A stretch of DNA of 64,000 nucleotides from Clostridia bacterium (GTDB lineage Bacteria; Bacillota; Clostridia; Christensenellales; UBA1242). The stretch is taken from the NCBI GenBank assembly GCA_017465925.1, contig JAFTVC010000012.1, positions 2,525 through 66,524 of the forward strand, read 5' to 3'. Of this stretch, positions 29,140-38,811 are shown piece after piece. Position 1 is the stretch's first letter. Each line of letters opens with the position of its first letter. The notes beneath the pieces are model-generated. The model made no database searches. It was not told the origin of the DNA and saw nothing but the letters and a program-made list of their open reading frames with translations. A program made the position numbers and the translations under genes.

Positions 29140-29784
29140 ATGTCTTTTTACACAAATAACAGCAATTCAGTTTGTTGTCCCGGACCTATTAATGGCAACC
29201 CATTAAATGGACTATGTGAAAGAGTTTGCATAAGAACTACAAAAGTATTTGATTCAGCAATGAAACAATTATCTTTACAAAATGTGCAACACCCAGTTGA
29301 TTTTGAGAATGGCGAACCTCCATTACCTATTACATATATAGGCGCTCAAAGCGACCCTAACAATCCAAGTTTTATAACTAATCTTATAGTAGATAGATTA
29401 GTAGATAGACCAAATTATGCAAGAGTAAGCGGAATAGTTAATATTCCTATTATAATCAGTTTTACTGATGGAAACAACAACACAGGAAGTGCCACAAGTA
29501 CAACTACTGTACCATTTGATGTTGTATTATTCGTACCACAACCATCTATTATTCCATACAGAGTTGAAGGTTTTGGAGCACTTACAAGTAACATAGGAAC
29601 TTATAGCGGAAATAGTATTTTCACTATTGACGAATGCGTTACAATTATAATAAGAGTTGTTGTAGATGCAGAGTTATGTGTTCCATCTTATGGCTATTGT
29701 CAAATACCACCTGCTATTGAATTTTCACAAGACCAATGTGCCGGAGTTTTTGAATTACCATTATTCCCAACAGCAACACAATAG
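29140..29784 (+). CDS. Hypothetical Cys-containing, beta-rich protein without a signal peptide (possible spore-surface protein)
   Basis: 214 aa with a strong SD (AAAGGAGA), an N-terminal CC...C...C cluster (SVCCPGP..GLCERVCIRTTKVFD) and a C-terminal C..C..C. It has its own terminator. Confidence 0.6.
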   Translation: MSFYTNNSNSVCCPGPINGNPLNGLCERVCIRTTKVFDSAMKQLSLQNVQHPVDFENGEPPLPITYIGAQSDPNNPSFITNLIVDRLVDRPNYARVSGIVNIPIIISFTDGNNNTGSATSTTTVPFDVVLFVPQPSIIPYRVEGFGALTSNIGTYSGNSIFTIDECVTIIIRVVVDAELCVPSYGYCQIPPAIEFSQDQCAGVFELPLFPTATQ

Positions 29785-29804
29785 GCATCAAAAAATAATA
29801 AAAA

Positions 29805-29835
29805 AACACTGACATTATATAGTCAGTGTTTTATT
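29805..29835 (+). terminator. Intrinsic terminator after the 214-aa gene
   Basis: AACACTGAC-loop-GTCAGTGTT followed by TTATT. Confidence 0.65.
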
Positions 29836-29916
29836 ATACTTATAATTTACAAGTAAATTTTGATATTTATAAAAAGCAGAAACAATGTATTTTGTTTGTC
29901 TTAATATTAGATTACC

Positions 29917-31182
29917 TTACATATTGTGTATTATGTAGTCTTTAAACTCAACCATTTCATCAGTTAAAGTAAGCCCATTATGCTCATAGTACAGTATCAG
30001 CAACATATTAGTACAATAATGCTCATCTTCTAATAAATCTTCTCTATTACTAGCATAAACCGAGTCTACAAACTTAATAAAAACATCATTTAAATTTATA
30101 GTTTTAAATCCATTTTTTATTAAATATTCAACGACATTTAATACGCTATCACTCAATACTAATTTTACACGCTTTAAATCTTTATATGAAAAATGTGCTA
30201 CTTTTACAATTACATCATTATAAGTAAACGCATAGTCTTCCCCATAACACATACCTTGCCTAATAGTTTCTAAAAACAACTGCAACTTTTTATCTTCATG
30301 ACCAACTGAAAATAAGGCATTGTTTATATGATAATTTATTCTAGAATTTTTTAATTCAATCAAGCATTTAAAAATAGCCAGACATAAATCTATTTCACAA
30401 TAGTTTAATATGAAATTGATTAAACTATCATTATCTTCTCTTTTAATTATTTCCTTTAAATCATTTTTAACAAAACAAGTATAAAATAAAGAATTAATTC
30501 TTGTCTTTATAGCCTCTACTGGTATTTTATCAATTTCTGCTACATCACAATTTTCCTTGTAATTAAAGTACCAATAACTTATATATGGGTCAGTATTATC
30601 AAGTTGCCAAAGATTATCTATTGTTGCCCTTGCCTCTTTAAAATTATTTGCCAATGCTAATTTACAAAATATTTTTTTAGAAAATATAATATTATGCCTA
30701 TCTACTTCAAAATTGCTCATTTCTTTTTTTATGCCATTGGCAAGTTCTGCATATTGCACTAGCGGAAGTTCAGCATTTTGGAATATTAAATTTTTAAAAA
30801 ACAAAGAAGCATTCTGCTTATTATCTAAATCCAACATACACGTTAAAAACAAAACTAACGGCGTAGGAAACCTGCGAGATTGTGCAATCGTTTTATAAAA
30901 GTGCAACTTAGCCAAATCATAGTTTTTTGCATTAAAATGGACTATTCCTATTAAACTCGTTTCAACATTACTTTTACTATTTATAAATAATATTTCCAAA
31001 GCCTTATTCATATCAAGTAATGCACCAAAATCATTTTTTTTATTAAGTTTTATTGCTGAATTCTCAATCAAATTTAGCACATAATGTTTATCAAAAGAAA
31101 GAATAGTACACTTTTTACTACTATTCTCTTCCTTCTTCTCGCTCATTTTTCTATATTTAGATAATTCAATAATTTCAGCCAT
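29917..31182 (-). CDS. Hypothetical all-helical (TPR-like?) protein
   Basis: 421 aa ORF with no recognisable catalytic motif. It is co-oriented with the flanking hslO: its start (31182) lies 39 nt downstream of the hslO stop (31222). Confidence 0.55.
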   Translation of the reverse strand: MAEIIELSKYRKMSEKKEENSSKKCTILSFDKHYVLNLIENSAIKLNKKNDFGALLDMNKALEILFINSKSNVETSLIGIVHFNAKNYDLAKLHFYKTIAQSRRFPTPLVLFLTCMLDLDNKQNASLFFKNLIFQNAELPLVQYAELANGIKKEMSNFEVDRHNIIFSKKIFCKLALANNFKEARATIDNLWQLDNTDPYISYWYFNYKENCDVAEIDKIPVEAIKTRINSLFYTCFVKNDLKEIIKREDNDSLINFILNYCEIDLCLAIFKCLIELKNSRINYHINNALFSVGHEDKKLQLFLETIRQGMCYGEDYAFTYNDVIVKVAHFSYKDLKRVKLVLSDSVLNVVEYLIKNGFKTINLNDVFIKFVDSVYASNREDLLEDEHYCTNMLLILYYEHNGLTLTDEMVEFKDYIIHNM

Positions 31183-31221
31183 AGTTAATTATATGCTTAA
31201 AGCAATATCCTTTGTACTTAT

Positions 31222-32088
31222 TTACTTTTTAAACTTTAACTCACTTTTTTGAAATTCTCTTTTTGCGCCACAAAAATCACAACAAATTTCAAGTTTGCCA
31301 ACTTCCTTTAATATTTCATCTACTTCACTTTCGCCTAAATTATTTAAAACCTTTTTCATACGTGATTTTGAGCAATCACATTTAAACTTTGGTTCCATAG
31401 TTTCATATTCAACAGGACTTAATTCCGCAAAATATTGTGCTACAAACTCTTCAATACTCATTTCCTTTAAAATTTTGCTTATATCAGCAAAATCATTTAT
31501 CTTTGTTTCCAATATTTTAATATCATCTTCTAACGCATCTGGTAAAACTTCAATAAGTAATCCACCAGCACTCTCACATTTGCAATTTTTGCCTACTAAA
31601 ACCCCTAATGCAATAGCACAAGGTTGTTGTAAACTTGTTGCATAATAACTAGTAAAATCTTCTGCAATTTCACCAGAAACCAAATCTACTTCACCAACAT
31701 AAGGATTGCCAAAACCATAATCCGCAATTACTCTTAACTTACCCTTACCAACTGCACCAGCTACATCTAATTTATTTTTACTATTAGGCATTAAGTCAAC
31801 AGTAGGATTATCCAAATAACCTTTTACTAATGCTCCATATCTTGCAACAGAAACAACCCTTCCAACAGGTCCATCACCCATAACGATAGCACTTACACTA
31901 CTATCTTCATTTTTTAATTTTGAACTAGAAATTGCACTCATAGTAAGCACTCTACCTAATACAGCCATAGTTGTAGGCGTTAAGTTGTGCAGTTTGCCCG
32001 CCTTATTTACAATATCCGTTGACTTTATAACTGTCAATAAAACTCTATTATCACATAAATAGTATTTCTTTAAATAGTCTTTTTGCAT
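31222..32088 (-). CDS. hslO: Hsp33 redox-regulated chaperonin
   Basis: 288 aa with the C-terminal zinc centre CDCS...CCDFCG. Confidence 0.9.
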   Translation of the reverse strand: MQKDYLKKYYLCDNRVLLTVIKSTDIVNKAGKLHNLTPTTMAVLGRVLTMSAISSSKLKNEDSSVSAIVMGDGPVGRVVSVARYGALVKGYLDNPTVDLMPNSKNKLDVAGAVGKGKLRVIADYGFGNPYVGEVDLVSGEIAEDFTSYYATSLQQPCAIALGVLVGKNCKCESAGGLLIEVLPDALEDDIKILETKINDFADISKILKEMSIEEFVAQYFAELSPVEYETMEPKFKCDCSKSRMKKVLNNLGESEVDEILKEVGKLEICCDFCGAKREFQKSELKFKK

Positions 32089-32090
32089 TT

Positions 32091-32780
32091 TTATTCCCTA
32101 TCAATTATTATTCTTCTGCAATGCTCACAAACTAAGGTTTTATCTTGCTTTAATTTGTTTAATTCATTTGTTGCTAGTTCTTGCATACAGCCACCACAGG
32201 CATTATTTTGTGTAAGCATAACATATACAGGTAAAATGTTATCAGCTTTACAATCCTTATACTTCTTTAATAGTGCCTTATCTAAATTCTTTTCCATTGC
32301 TTCCATTTCTTGCTTTAAAGCATTTATTTTAGCCTCAGACTCGCCCATTATCTCATCTTGTTTTGCTTTTGCTTGCTTGTGTTTATTTTTTGCCTCAAAA
32401 ACCTTATGCTTCGCATCTTCAAACATTTTATTTATTTTATCAATATTAGCCTTCAAAATAGTAATATTACTTTGAATTCTATTTAGTTGATTAGAATAGT
32501 CTTTGACTTTCTTTTCAATTTCTTCACTCGGTATATCAAGTTCTTGTTCTAACTTTTCAATTTCGTTTTGTATTGATTCTAATGATGCAGTTAATTTATT
32601 AAAGTTTTCAATTTGTTTTTCTGCATCTTGTCCTAACTTTTCAGTCTTTTCTTGCAAAACCTTAACAGCAGAAATAGCATCTGCCATTACTTTTGTATAA
32701 GGAGTTTCCTTATTTTCTTTTTTTAATTTTAAGATTTGTAAATCTAATTTTTGATAATTAAACATTTCTTTATACATCAT
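32091..32780 (-). CDS. COG1579/DUF164 coiled-coil zinc-ribbon protein
   Basis: 229 aa with a long coiled coil and C-terminal CGGC...CEHC. Confidence 0.75.
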   Translation of the reverse strand: MMYKEMFNYQKLDLQILKLKKENKETPYTKVMADAISAVKVLQEKTEKLGQDAEKQIENFNKLTASLESIQNEIEKLEQELDIPSEEIEKKVKDYSNQLNRIQSNITILKANIDKINKMFEDAKHKVFEAKNKHKQAKAKQDEIMGESEAKINALKQEMEAMEKNLDKALLKKYKDCKADNILPVYVMLTQNNACGGCMQELATNELNKLKQDKTLVCEHCRRIIIDRE

Positions 32781-33480
32781 TATCTCCTTTTAAACGACTT
32801 GCAATTAGTTTAAATTTTTTATGATAAATTTTAATTTTATCACTGTCAATATTATATTTTAACACATTTCCATCAGTTTTTGCAAGCACCTTGCGTATAT
32901 TTGCAAACTCTTTCTTTAAAAAGTTTAAATATTCGCTATCATTTCTTCCAATATTGTCCTTTCCAAACAGTAATTCCTCATCATTTAAATGATTAGGACT
33001 TTTATTTTTCTTAATATGAATAAAATTATAATACTTACTACCATCATAAAATAAATAATCCTTTAAAATGGTAAAATTTGAATCATTTAAATATTTTCTT
33101 AATTCATAAACTGACGTCGTTGGTTGCAAATAAAACTCTTGAATCTTTTGATTTTTGCTCAAAATATCAACTATTGTTTCTCCGCCCAAACCAAATATAA
33201 GTCCAACATCTGTGTTTTTTGCTTCTTTTGGAACTCCATCACAATTAATAAAATCAATTCTTTCACTACAAATTTTATTATCTTTGCAAAGTTTTCTTGC
33301 TTTTTCTAAACTAGATGCTGAAATATCACAAAAAACCACTTTTAAAGTGGAATTTGCTTTTAATAATTCAAAACCAATAATACCATGGTCGCAACCAATA
33401 TCACAAAAAGTAGTCTTATTTGTAAAATGAATTTCATTTAATAAAAATTTAATTCTGTTAGATAACTTCATTAGTCGCAA
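32770..33480 (-). CDS. trmK: tRNA (adenine22-N1)-methyltransferase TrmK
   Basis: SAM motif [12 protein letters not shown]. Lies downstream of sigA, as with Bacillus yqfN. Confidence 0.85.
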   Translation of the reverse strand: MRLMKLSNRIKFLLNEIHFTNKTTFCDIGCDHGIIGFELLKANSTLKVVFCDISASSLEKARKLCKDNKICSERIDFINCDGVPKEAKNTDVGLIFGLGGETIVDILSKNQKIQEFYLQPTTSVYELRKYLNDSNFTILKDYLFYDGSKYYNFIHIKKNKSPNHLNDEELLFGKDNIGRNDSEYLNFLKKEFANIRKVLAKTDGNVLKYNIDSDKIKIYHKKFKLIASRLKGDNDV

Positions 33481-34802
33481 TCAACATCTTTTAATTTCTT
33501 TATTCTGCTTGGTTGTCTTAACTTCCTTAATGCTTTTGCTTCAATCTGTCTTATTCTTTCTCTTGTAACATTAAATTCACGCCCCACTTCTTCAAGCGTT
33601 CTTGGATGCCCATCTTCAAGTCCATACCTTAAAATAATAACTTGTTGCTCTCTTGGCATAAGTTCAGAAATAACGTCCATTAGTTGTTGTTTAAGCATAC
33701 TCTTCATTGTTACTTCAAACGGTGTTTTAGCATTTTCATCTTCAATGAAATCACCTACTCTGCTATCATCTTCTTCACCAAATGTTGCATCAAGTGATGT
33801 AGGGTCTTCTGCAATCTTTTTAGTATCTGTAACCTTTCTTTCGTCAACTCCCATAACCTTTGCAATTTCTGCATCTGTTGGGTCCCTACCAAATTCTTGT
33901 GATAATTGCCTACTTACTCTTGCAATCTTATGCAAAGTTTCAACCATGTGAACTGGCAATCTAATTGTTCTACCTTGGTCAGCAATCGCTCTTGTAATAG
34001 ATTGTCTTATCCAACATACAGCGTATGTTGAGAACTTAAACCCCTTTGTATAGTCAAACTTTTCAACCGCTTTCATAAGCCCCATATTGCCTTCTTGAAT
34101 TAAATCAAGAAATTGCATATTTGGCCTTGACGCATATCTTTTAGCAACGCTTACAACTAGTTTTAAGTTTGATTCAATTAGTTTTCTTCTTGCAGTTTCA
34201 TCTCCATCACTAATACGTTTAGCAAGTTCCACTTCTTCTTCTTTTGATAGTAGCGGTACTTTACCTATATCTTTAAGATACATTTTGACTGGGTCATCAA
34301 CATTAGATTGATTTAAGAAATGCTCAATGTCATCATTAATATCTTTCGCACTTTCGTTAACTTTAATTTCCTTTCTTAAATCAGATAAAATTAATTCAGC
34401 TTGCTTTGCTGTAACATCCGCTGTAACAAGTTTTAGTAAAACATCTTCTTCTGATACATAACCCTTGCTTTTAGCAATTTCTTTGATTTTTCTAATTGCC
34501 TCAACCACAATAGGTTTTTCCAAAAAATCTCTGCTTATTTCTTGTGCTTCAATAGTTGTATCTACGCAAAATGATGATTCTTTGCTATCTTTCACATCTT
34601 CTTCAAACACTACTTCTTCTGGCACTTCATTAACTTGTTCTTCTACTACTTCTTCTACCTTCTTACTTTTTGCTGTAACATTACTTTTTGCAGTAGTTTT
34701 CTTTGTAACTGCTTCACTAGTTTTTGTTTCAACTTTTTTAGTAGAACTCTTTTTTGCTCTATCTAATAATTGTTGTAATTTTTCCTTCTCAATTTTAGGC
34801 AT
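33471..34802 (-). CDS. sigA: RNA polymerase primary sigma factor
   Basis: 443 aa with regions 2-4 ([39 protein letters not shown]). Forms a dnaG-sigA operon. Confidence 0.96.
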   Translation of the reverse strand: MPKIEKEKLQQLLDRAKKSSTKKVETKTSEAVTKKTTAKSNVTAKSKKVEEVVEEQVNEVPEEVVFEEDVKDSKESSFCVDTTIEAQEISRDFLEKPIVVEAIRKIKEIAKSKGYVSEEDVLLKLVTADVTAKQAELILSDLRKEIKVNESAKDINDDIEHFLNQSNVDDPVKMYLKDIGKVPLLSKEEEVELAKRISDGDETARRKLIESNLKLVVSVAKRYASRPNMQFLDLIQEGNMGLMKAVEKFDYTKGFKFSTYAVCWIRQSITRAIADQGRTIRLPVHMVETLHKIARVSRQLSQEFGRDPTDAEIAKVMGVDERKVTDTKKIAEDPTSLDATFGEEDDSRVGDFIEDENAKTPFEVTMKSMLKQQLMDVISELMPREQQVIILRYGLEDGHPRTLEEVGREFNVTRERIRQIEAKALRKLRQPSRIKKLKDVDCD

Positions 34803-36594
34803 CTATATCCTCCGCTTTTGTTTTCTTTTTCTTAATAATTTCATTTATTTTAACTAAATATTCCATTTGCTTAATCGTATCTTTTTCTTCATTTAGTTTG
34901 CGTTTAAGCGTGTCCAACTCAATTTCATATTGCATATTTATTATTTTATTAACACAAATTTTAAAGTGCTTGCCTGCATCATCTCCATAAGAATCCATAT
35001 CTAAATACATTATATCACTAATTTGACCTTGTACTTCTTCCTCATCAAACATATCAAAAACTATTGTACTATTAATCTTTTCATTATTTGCTCTTTTCTC
35101 TTTGATAAAATTATATAATTTGATTAATGAAGGGTCTTTTAAGCAAAGGTCAAAATCATCATCAAGTTTAGCATATTCCTTATTATAAATTAAACTTGCA
35201 AGTATAAATTGCTGTGATTTTATCAAAGCATCATATTTATATGTAAGGTTTGTATCTTGTATAGCATCATTAGTAACTACATCATCTGTTGATGTTTGAT
35301 TTAAATCCGCACGCAGTACTGAAATAGAAATTTTGCTCAAATCAGATATTATAGGAATATAAACTTCTTTTTCGCTCAAAGTCCTAAATATACTTAAAAT
35401 TTTAAATGCACCGCTTATAAATTTAGTTCTATCAGCAATATCATTCAAATTATATTTTCTGGCAAGTTCTCTTATTTCAAACTCAACTGAATCCATTGCA
35501 CTATTTATTATTTGTTGCATTTTTTCTTTGCCACAAACTTTAATGACTTCATCAGGGTCTTTGCCCCCTTCTATTCTAGCCACTTTAACTTCTAAACTTT
35601 GTGCTCTTAAAATAGGCAATGCCTTTAATGTTGCATTAATTCCCGCATTATCTCCATCTAAACAAAGAACAACTTTCTTTGATACCCTTGAAATCTCTTT
35701 TGCGTGAATTTCTGTAAGTGCCGTTCCTAAACAAGCCATTGCTGTATTAAATCCAGCCTTGTGCATTGCTATGACATCAATTTGCCCCTCACACAAAATT
35801 ACATATTCAATATTTTGAGTAGTTGCAAGTTTTTTTACCTTATTAAATGCAAATATAGTACTACTCTTATCAAAGACTATACTTTGTGTACTATTCTTGT
35901 ACTTTGCAGGAGATGTACCATCTAAATCTCTTCCACTAAAACCTACACAATCTCCAAATTTATTGAAAAGTGGGAACATTAATCTAAAAGCATAAAAGTC
36001 AAATAATTTTCCATTATCGCCTCTTCTTGCTATTCCAATTTCTAACAATTCATTTTCTGTATAGCCTTTTGACAGTAGATAGTCTATAACATCTATCCAA
36101 CCACTGCTGTAACCTATCTCAAATTCTCTTATTTCATTGTCAGTAAGTTCTCGCTTTGCAATATAATCTAACGCTTTTTGTGATTTAACTAGATTAGACT
36201 TATAATGCTCATTTGCATCTTTTAGAAGTGATAAAAATCTATCCTTTTTCCTTTTCTTTTCTACAATGTCAAAATCCCCCTTAAATTCAGGCATAGGAAT
36301 GCCACTTTTATTTGCAAGAATTTCAACAGAATCAAGAAAGTCCAAATTTTCAATTTTCATTATAAAAGAGAAAATATCACCACTAACACCACAACCAAAA
36401 CAATGAAAAGATTGCTCTTCATCATAAATGCAAAATGATGGTGTTTTCTCGTGATGAAAAGGACAGCACCCCCAATAATTTCTTCCTTTTCTTGATATTT
36501 GCATATAACAAGAAATAAGTGGGACAATATCAACTCTATCTCTTAATTGTTGCAAAAACTCGGGTGGGACACCCCCTCTTCTATTTGTTGACAT
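34795..36594 (-). CDS. dnaG: DNA primase
   Basis: Zinc finger [15 protein letters not shown] and a TOPRIM domain (EGQIDV, DGDNAG). Confidence 0.95.
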   Translation of the reverse strand: MSTNRRGGVPPEFLQQLRDRVDIVPLISCYMQISRKGRNYWGCCPFHHEKTPSFCIYDEEQSFHCFGCGVSGDIFSFIMKIENLDFLDSVEILANKSGIPMPEFKGDFDIVEKKRKKDRFLSLLKDANEHYKSNLVKSQKALDYIAKRELTDNEIREFEIGYSSGWIDVIDYLLSKGYTENELLEIGIARRGDNGKLFDFYAFRLMFPLFNKFGDCVGFSGRDLDGTSPAKYKNSTQSIVFDKSSTIFAFNKVKKLATTQNIEYVILCEGQIDVIAMHKAGFNTAMACLGTALTEIHAKEISRVSKKVVLCLDGDNAGINATLKALPILRAQSLEVKVARIEGGKDPDEVIKVCGKEKMQQIINSAMDSVEFEIRELARKYNLNDIADRTKFISGAFKILSIFRTLSEKEVYIPIISDLSKISISVLRADLNQTSTDDVVTNDAIQDTNLTYKYDALIKSQQFILASLIYNKEYAKLDDDFDLCLKDPSLIKLYNFIKEKRANNEKINSTIVFDMFDEEEVQGQISDIMYLDMDSYGDDAGKHFKICVNKIINMQYEIELDTLKRKLNEEKDTIKQMEYLVKINEIIKKKKTKAEDIDA

Positions 36595-36818
36595 TCATTC
36601 TCCTTAAAATTTGCCATTAAAATTTAATTAATAAAAAAAGTTAGATAAAAATATTTTTGCCAAAATAAATTTTCTTACACTTAATTATTCTATGCAAATT
36701 GCATTTCTCCTTAAAAAATATAAGAATTTTTCAAATATTTTTTAAATTGTATTAAAATGCAAATATTTTTTTGCTAAAAACAAACTTTTAAAAATTTTTG
36801 AAAAAGTTTCTAAATAAA

Positions 36819-36847
36819 TTTTACTTTTAACATATTTATGCTATAAT
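36819..36847 (+). promoter_or_regulatory. Candidate promoter placing the TSS at the rlmD-like start codon
   Basis: TTTTAC-N17-TGcTATAAT. The -10 ends 7 nt before the ATG at 36855 and no SD intervenes. Confidence 0.35.
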
Positions 36848-36854
36848 ATATTTT

Positions 36855-38183
36855 ATGAAGAAAAATGAGATTTACGAAATTGAAATAATTGACATAGGAA
36901 ACAATGGCGAAGGAATTGGCAAGGTTGATGATTTTGTAGTTTTTATCCCTTACACACTTAAAGGCGAAATAATAAAAACTTTAATCTTGAAAGTTAATAA
37001 AAATTTTGCTTATGGTAAAATTCTAAATATAGTTAAGCAGAGTGAATTTAGAGTTGAACCGCCCTGCCCTTACTTTTACAAATGTGGCGGTTGTAACTTG
37101 CAACACTTGCAATACGCAAAGCAACTAGTAGTAAAAAAGAATATTGTTGAAACTACACTTAAAAAACAATTAGGAGAAGTTGAAGTAAAGGATTGTGTTG
37201 CAAGTAATTTACAATATGCGTATAGAAACAAAATGCAATTACCCGCTACAATAAATGGAATTGGAATGTTTAGAGAAAATTCACACGATATTGTAGAAAT
37301 AGAAAATTGCCTACTTTGTGATAATTGGATACAAACTTTCATCAAGAACATTAAGTTATTCATACAAGCAACCAACTTGACTTTATATGATGAAGAAAAT
37401 CATAAAGGAGTTTTAAGGCATATTTTAGCGAGAAAGGTTGATAATAATTATTCATTTACTCTTGTAATCAACGCAGAGAAATTACCAAAAGAAGATAAAC
37501 TTATTGAAATTTTAAGCAATGATTTTGAATCTTTTAGTTTGTTTTATTGTGTAAATAAAATAAAGAATAATACAATTTTGACAAATAATATTGTATGCCT
37601 TTATGGTAATGCTACGCAAAATACAGTAGATTTTGAAATTGAATACTTTATTTCGCCAAATAGTTTTTTACAGGTTAACAGATACATACAAAATTGCATC
37701 TATCAAAAGATTCAAAGTCTTTTAAATAGTAACCAAATTGTTATTGATGCTTATAGCGGTGCAGGACTTTTAAGTGCAATCTTATCTAAAAAAGCAAAAC
37801 AAGTTTATGGTATTGAAATTGTAAAATCAGCAACTGAAAACGCCGAAGCACTGATGAAACATAACAAAATTGCCAATGTCAAAAACATAAATGGAGATTG
37901 TGCTTTAATCTTGCCTACGCTTGTTGAAGATTTAAGTAAAAGCGAAGATAATATATCACTTGTACTAGACCCACCAAGAAAAGGTTGCGATGAAAAAGTA
38001 CTAGAAGCAATTACTCTTGCAAAACCAAATGAAATATTCTATATTAGCTGTAACCCCTCTACTCTTGCAAGAGATTTAAAAAAACTTACAACTAGTTATG
38101 ACATAGAATTTATAGAACCTTATGATATGTTTCCACAAACCAAACATATAGAAACATTAGTAAGGTTGAAATTAAAAAAATGA
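36855..38183 (+). CDS. 23S rRNA (uracil-5-)-methyltransferase, RlmD/RumA family
   Basis: TRAM N-terminus, Fe-S Cys cluster CPYFYKCGGCNLQH, SAM fold (DAYSGAGL) and catalytic ISCNP. Confidence 0.88.
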   Translation: MKKNEIYEIEIIDIGNNGEGIGKVDDFVVFIPYTLKGEIIKTLILKVNKNFAYGKILNIVKQSEFRVEPPCPYFYKCGGCNLQHLQYAKQLVVKKNIVETTLKKQLGEVEVKDCVASNLQYAYRNKMQLPATINGIGMFRENSHDIVEIENCLLCDNWIQTFIKNIKLFIQATNLTLYDEENHKGVLRHILARKVDNNYSFTLVINAEKLPKEDKLIEILSNDFESFSLFYCVNKIKNNTILTNNIVCLYGNATQNTVDFEIEYFISPNSFLQVNRYIQNCIYQKIQSLLNSNQIVIDAYSGAGLLSAILSKKAKQVYGIEIVKSATENAEALMKHNKIANVKNINGDCALILPTLVEDLSKSEDNISLVLDPPRKGCDEKVLEAITLAKPNEIFYISCNPSTLARDLKKLTTSYDIEFIEPYDMFPQTKHIETLVRLKLKK

Positions 38184-38227
38184 TAATAAAAAATTAAATA
38201 ATTTTAATTATAAAGGAGATACTAAAA

Positions 38228-38662
38228 ATGGCTAAATGTAAAATTTGTGGAGCAAATGTAAACAGTAAATTTTGTGAGTATTGTGGAGCAAAAAACGAAG
38301 AACATATTGATGAAGTTGATATGAATTCTTTGATAAATGAAAATGCGAAAGACACATTGGGGGCAGACTATATAAAATGTATGGAAAACATTTGCAATTT
38401 AGTTAATTACGATAAAATTGCAAAGGAAACTGGCTCTTACCCTAGCGAATTTTATGAAAAGATGCCAGAAATGATGGCAAACACTATGAATATGTGGGGA
38501 AATCTCAATAAAGAAATGGAAGAAACAAGCGAAAAATATAAAAAAGCAAGAGCAGATATTGCAAAGAAAATATGTCCTTCATGTGGTGCTAAATTCAAAA
38601 AAGGCGAAGACTTTTGCGAAAAATGCGGTGCAAGTCTACTAATAGAAGAATATCATTTATAA
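38228..38662 (+). CDS. Double zinc-ribbon protein
   Basis: 144 aa. CKICGA..CEYCGA at the N-terminus and CPSCGA..CEKCGA at the C-terminus. Has an SD (AAAGGAGA). Confidence 0.6.
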   Translation: MAKCKICGANVNSKFCEYCGAKNEEHIDEVDMNSLINENAKDTLGADYIKCMENICNLVNYDKIAKETGSYPSEFYEKMPEMMANTMNMWGNLNKEMEETSEKYKKARADIAKKICPSCGAKFKKGEDFCEKCGASLLIEEYHL

Positions 38663-38811
38663 AAACATAGTAGATAACTTAATTTTTATTATATAGGGAT
38701 TACGAAAAAGTAACCTTACCCATTTAACAAGCAAGATAATATTAAATTACTATGGTTTAAACATTTAAAATATTTGTAAATGAAAAATATTTGAAATAAA
38801 AAAGGATAATT

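Noticed and set aside
32083-32700. Plus-strand ORFs 32083..32475 and 32503..32700
   Set aside because: They are antisense to the COG1579 coiled-coil gene. Ser/Phe/Leu/Cys-rich mirror frames are typical opposite K/E-rich coiled-coil coding sequence.
38690-38730. Possible riboswitch or leader hairpin upstream of the P-type ATPase
   Set aside because: There is only a weak imperfect hairpin (GGGATTAC...GTAACCTTACCC). I see no conserved riboswitch core motif.
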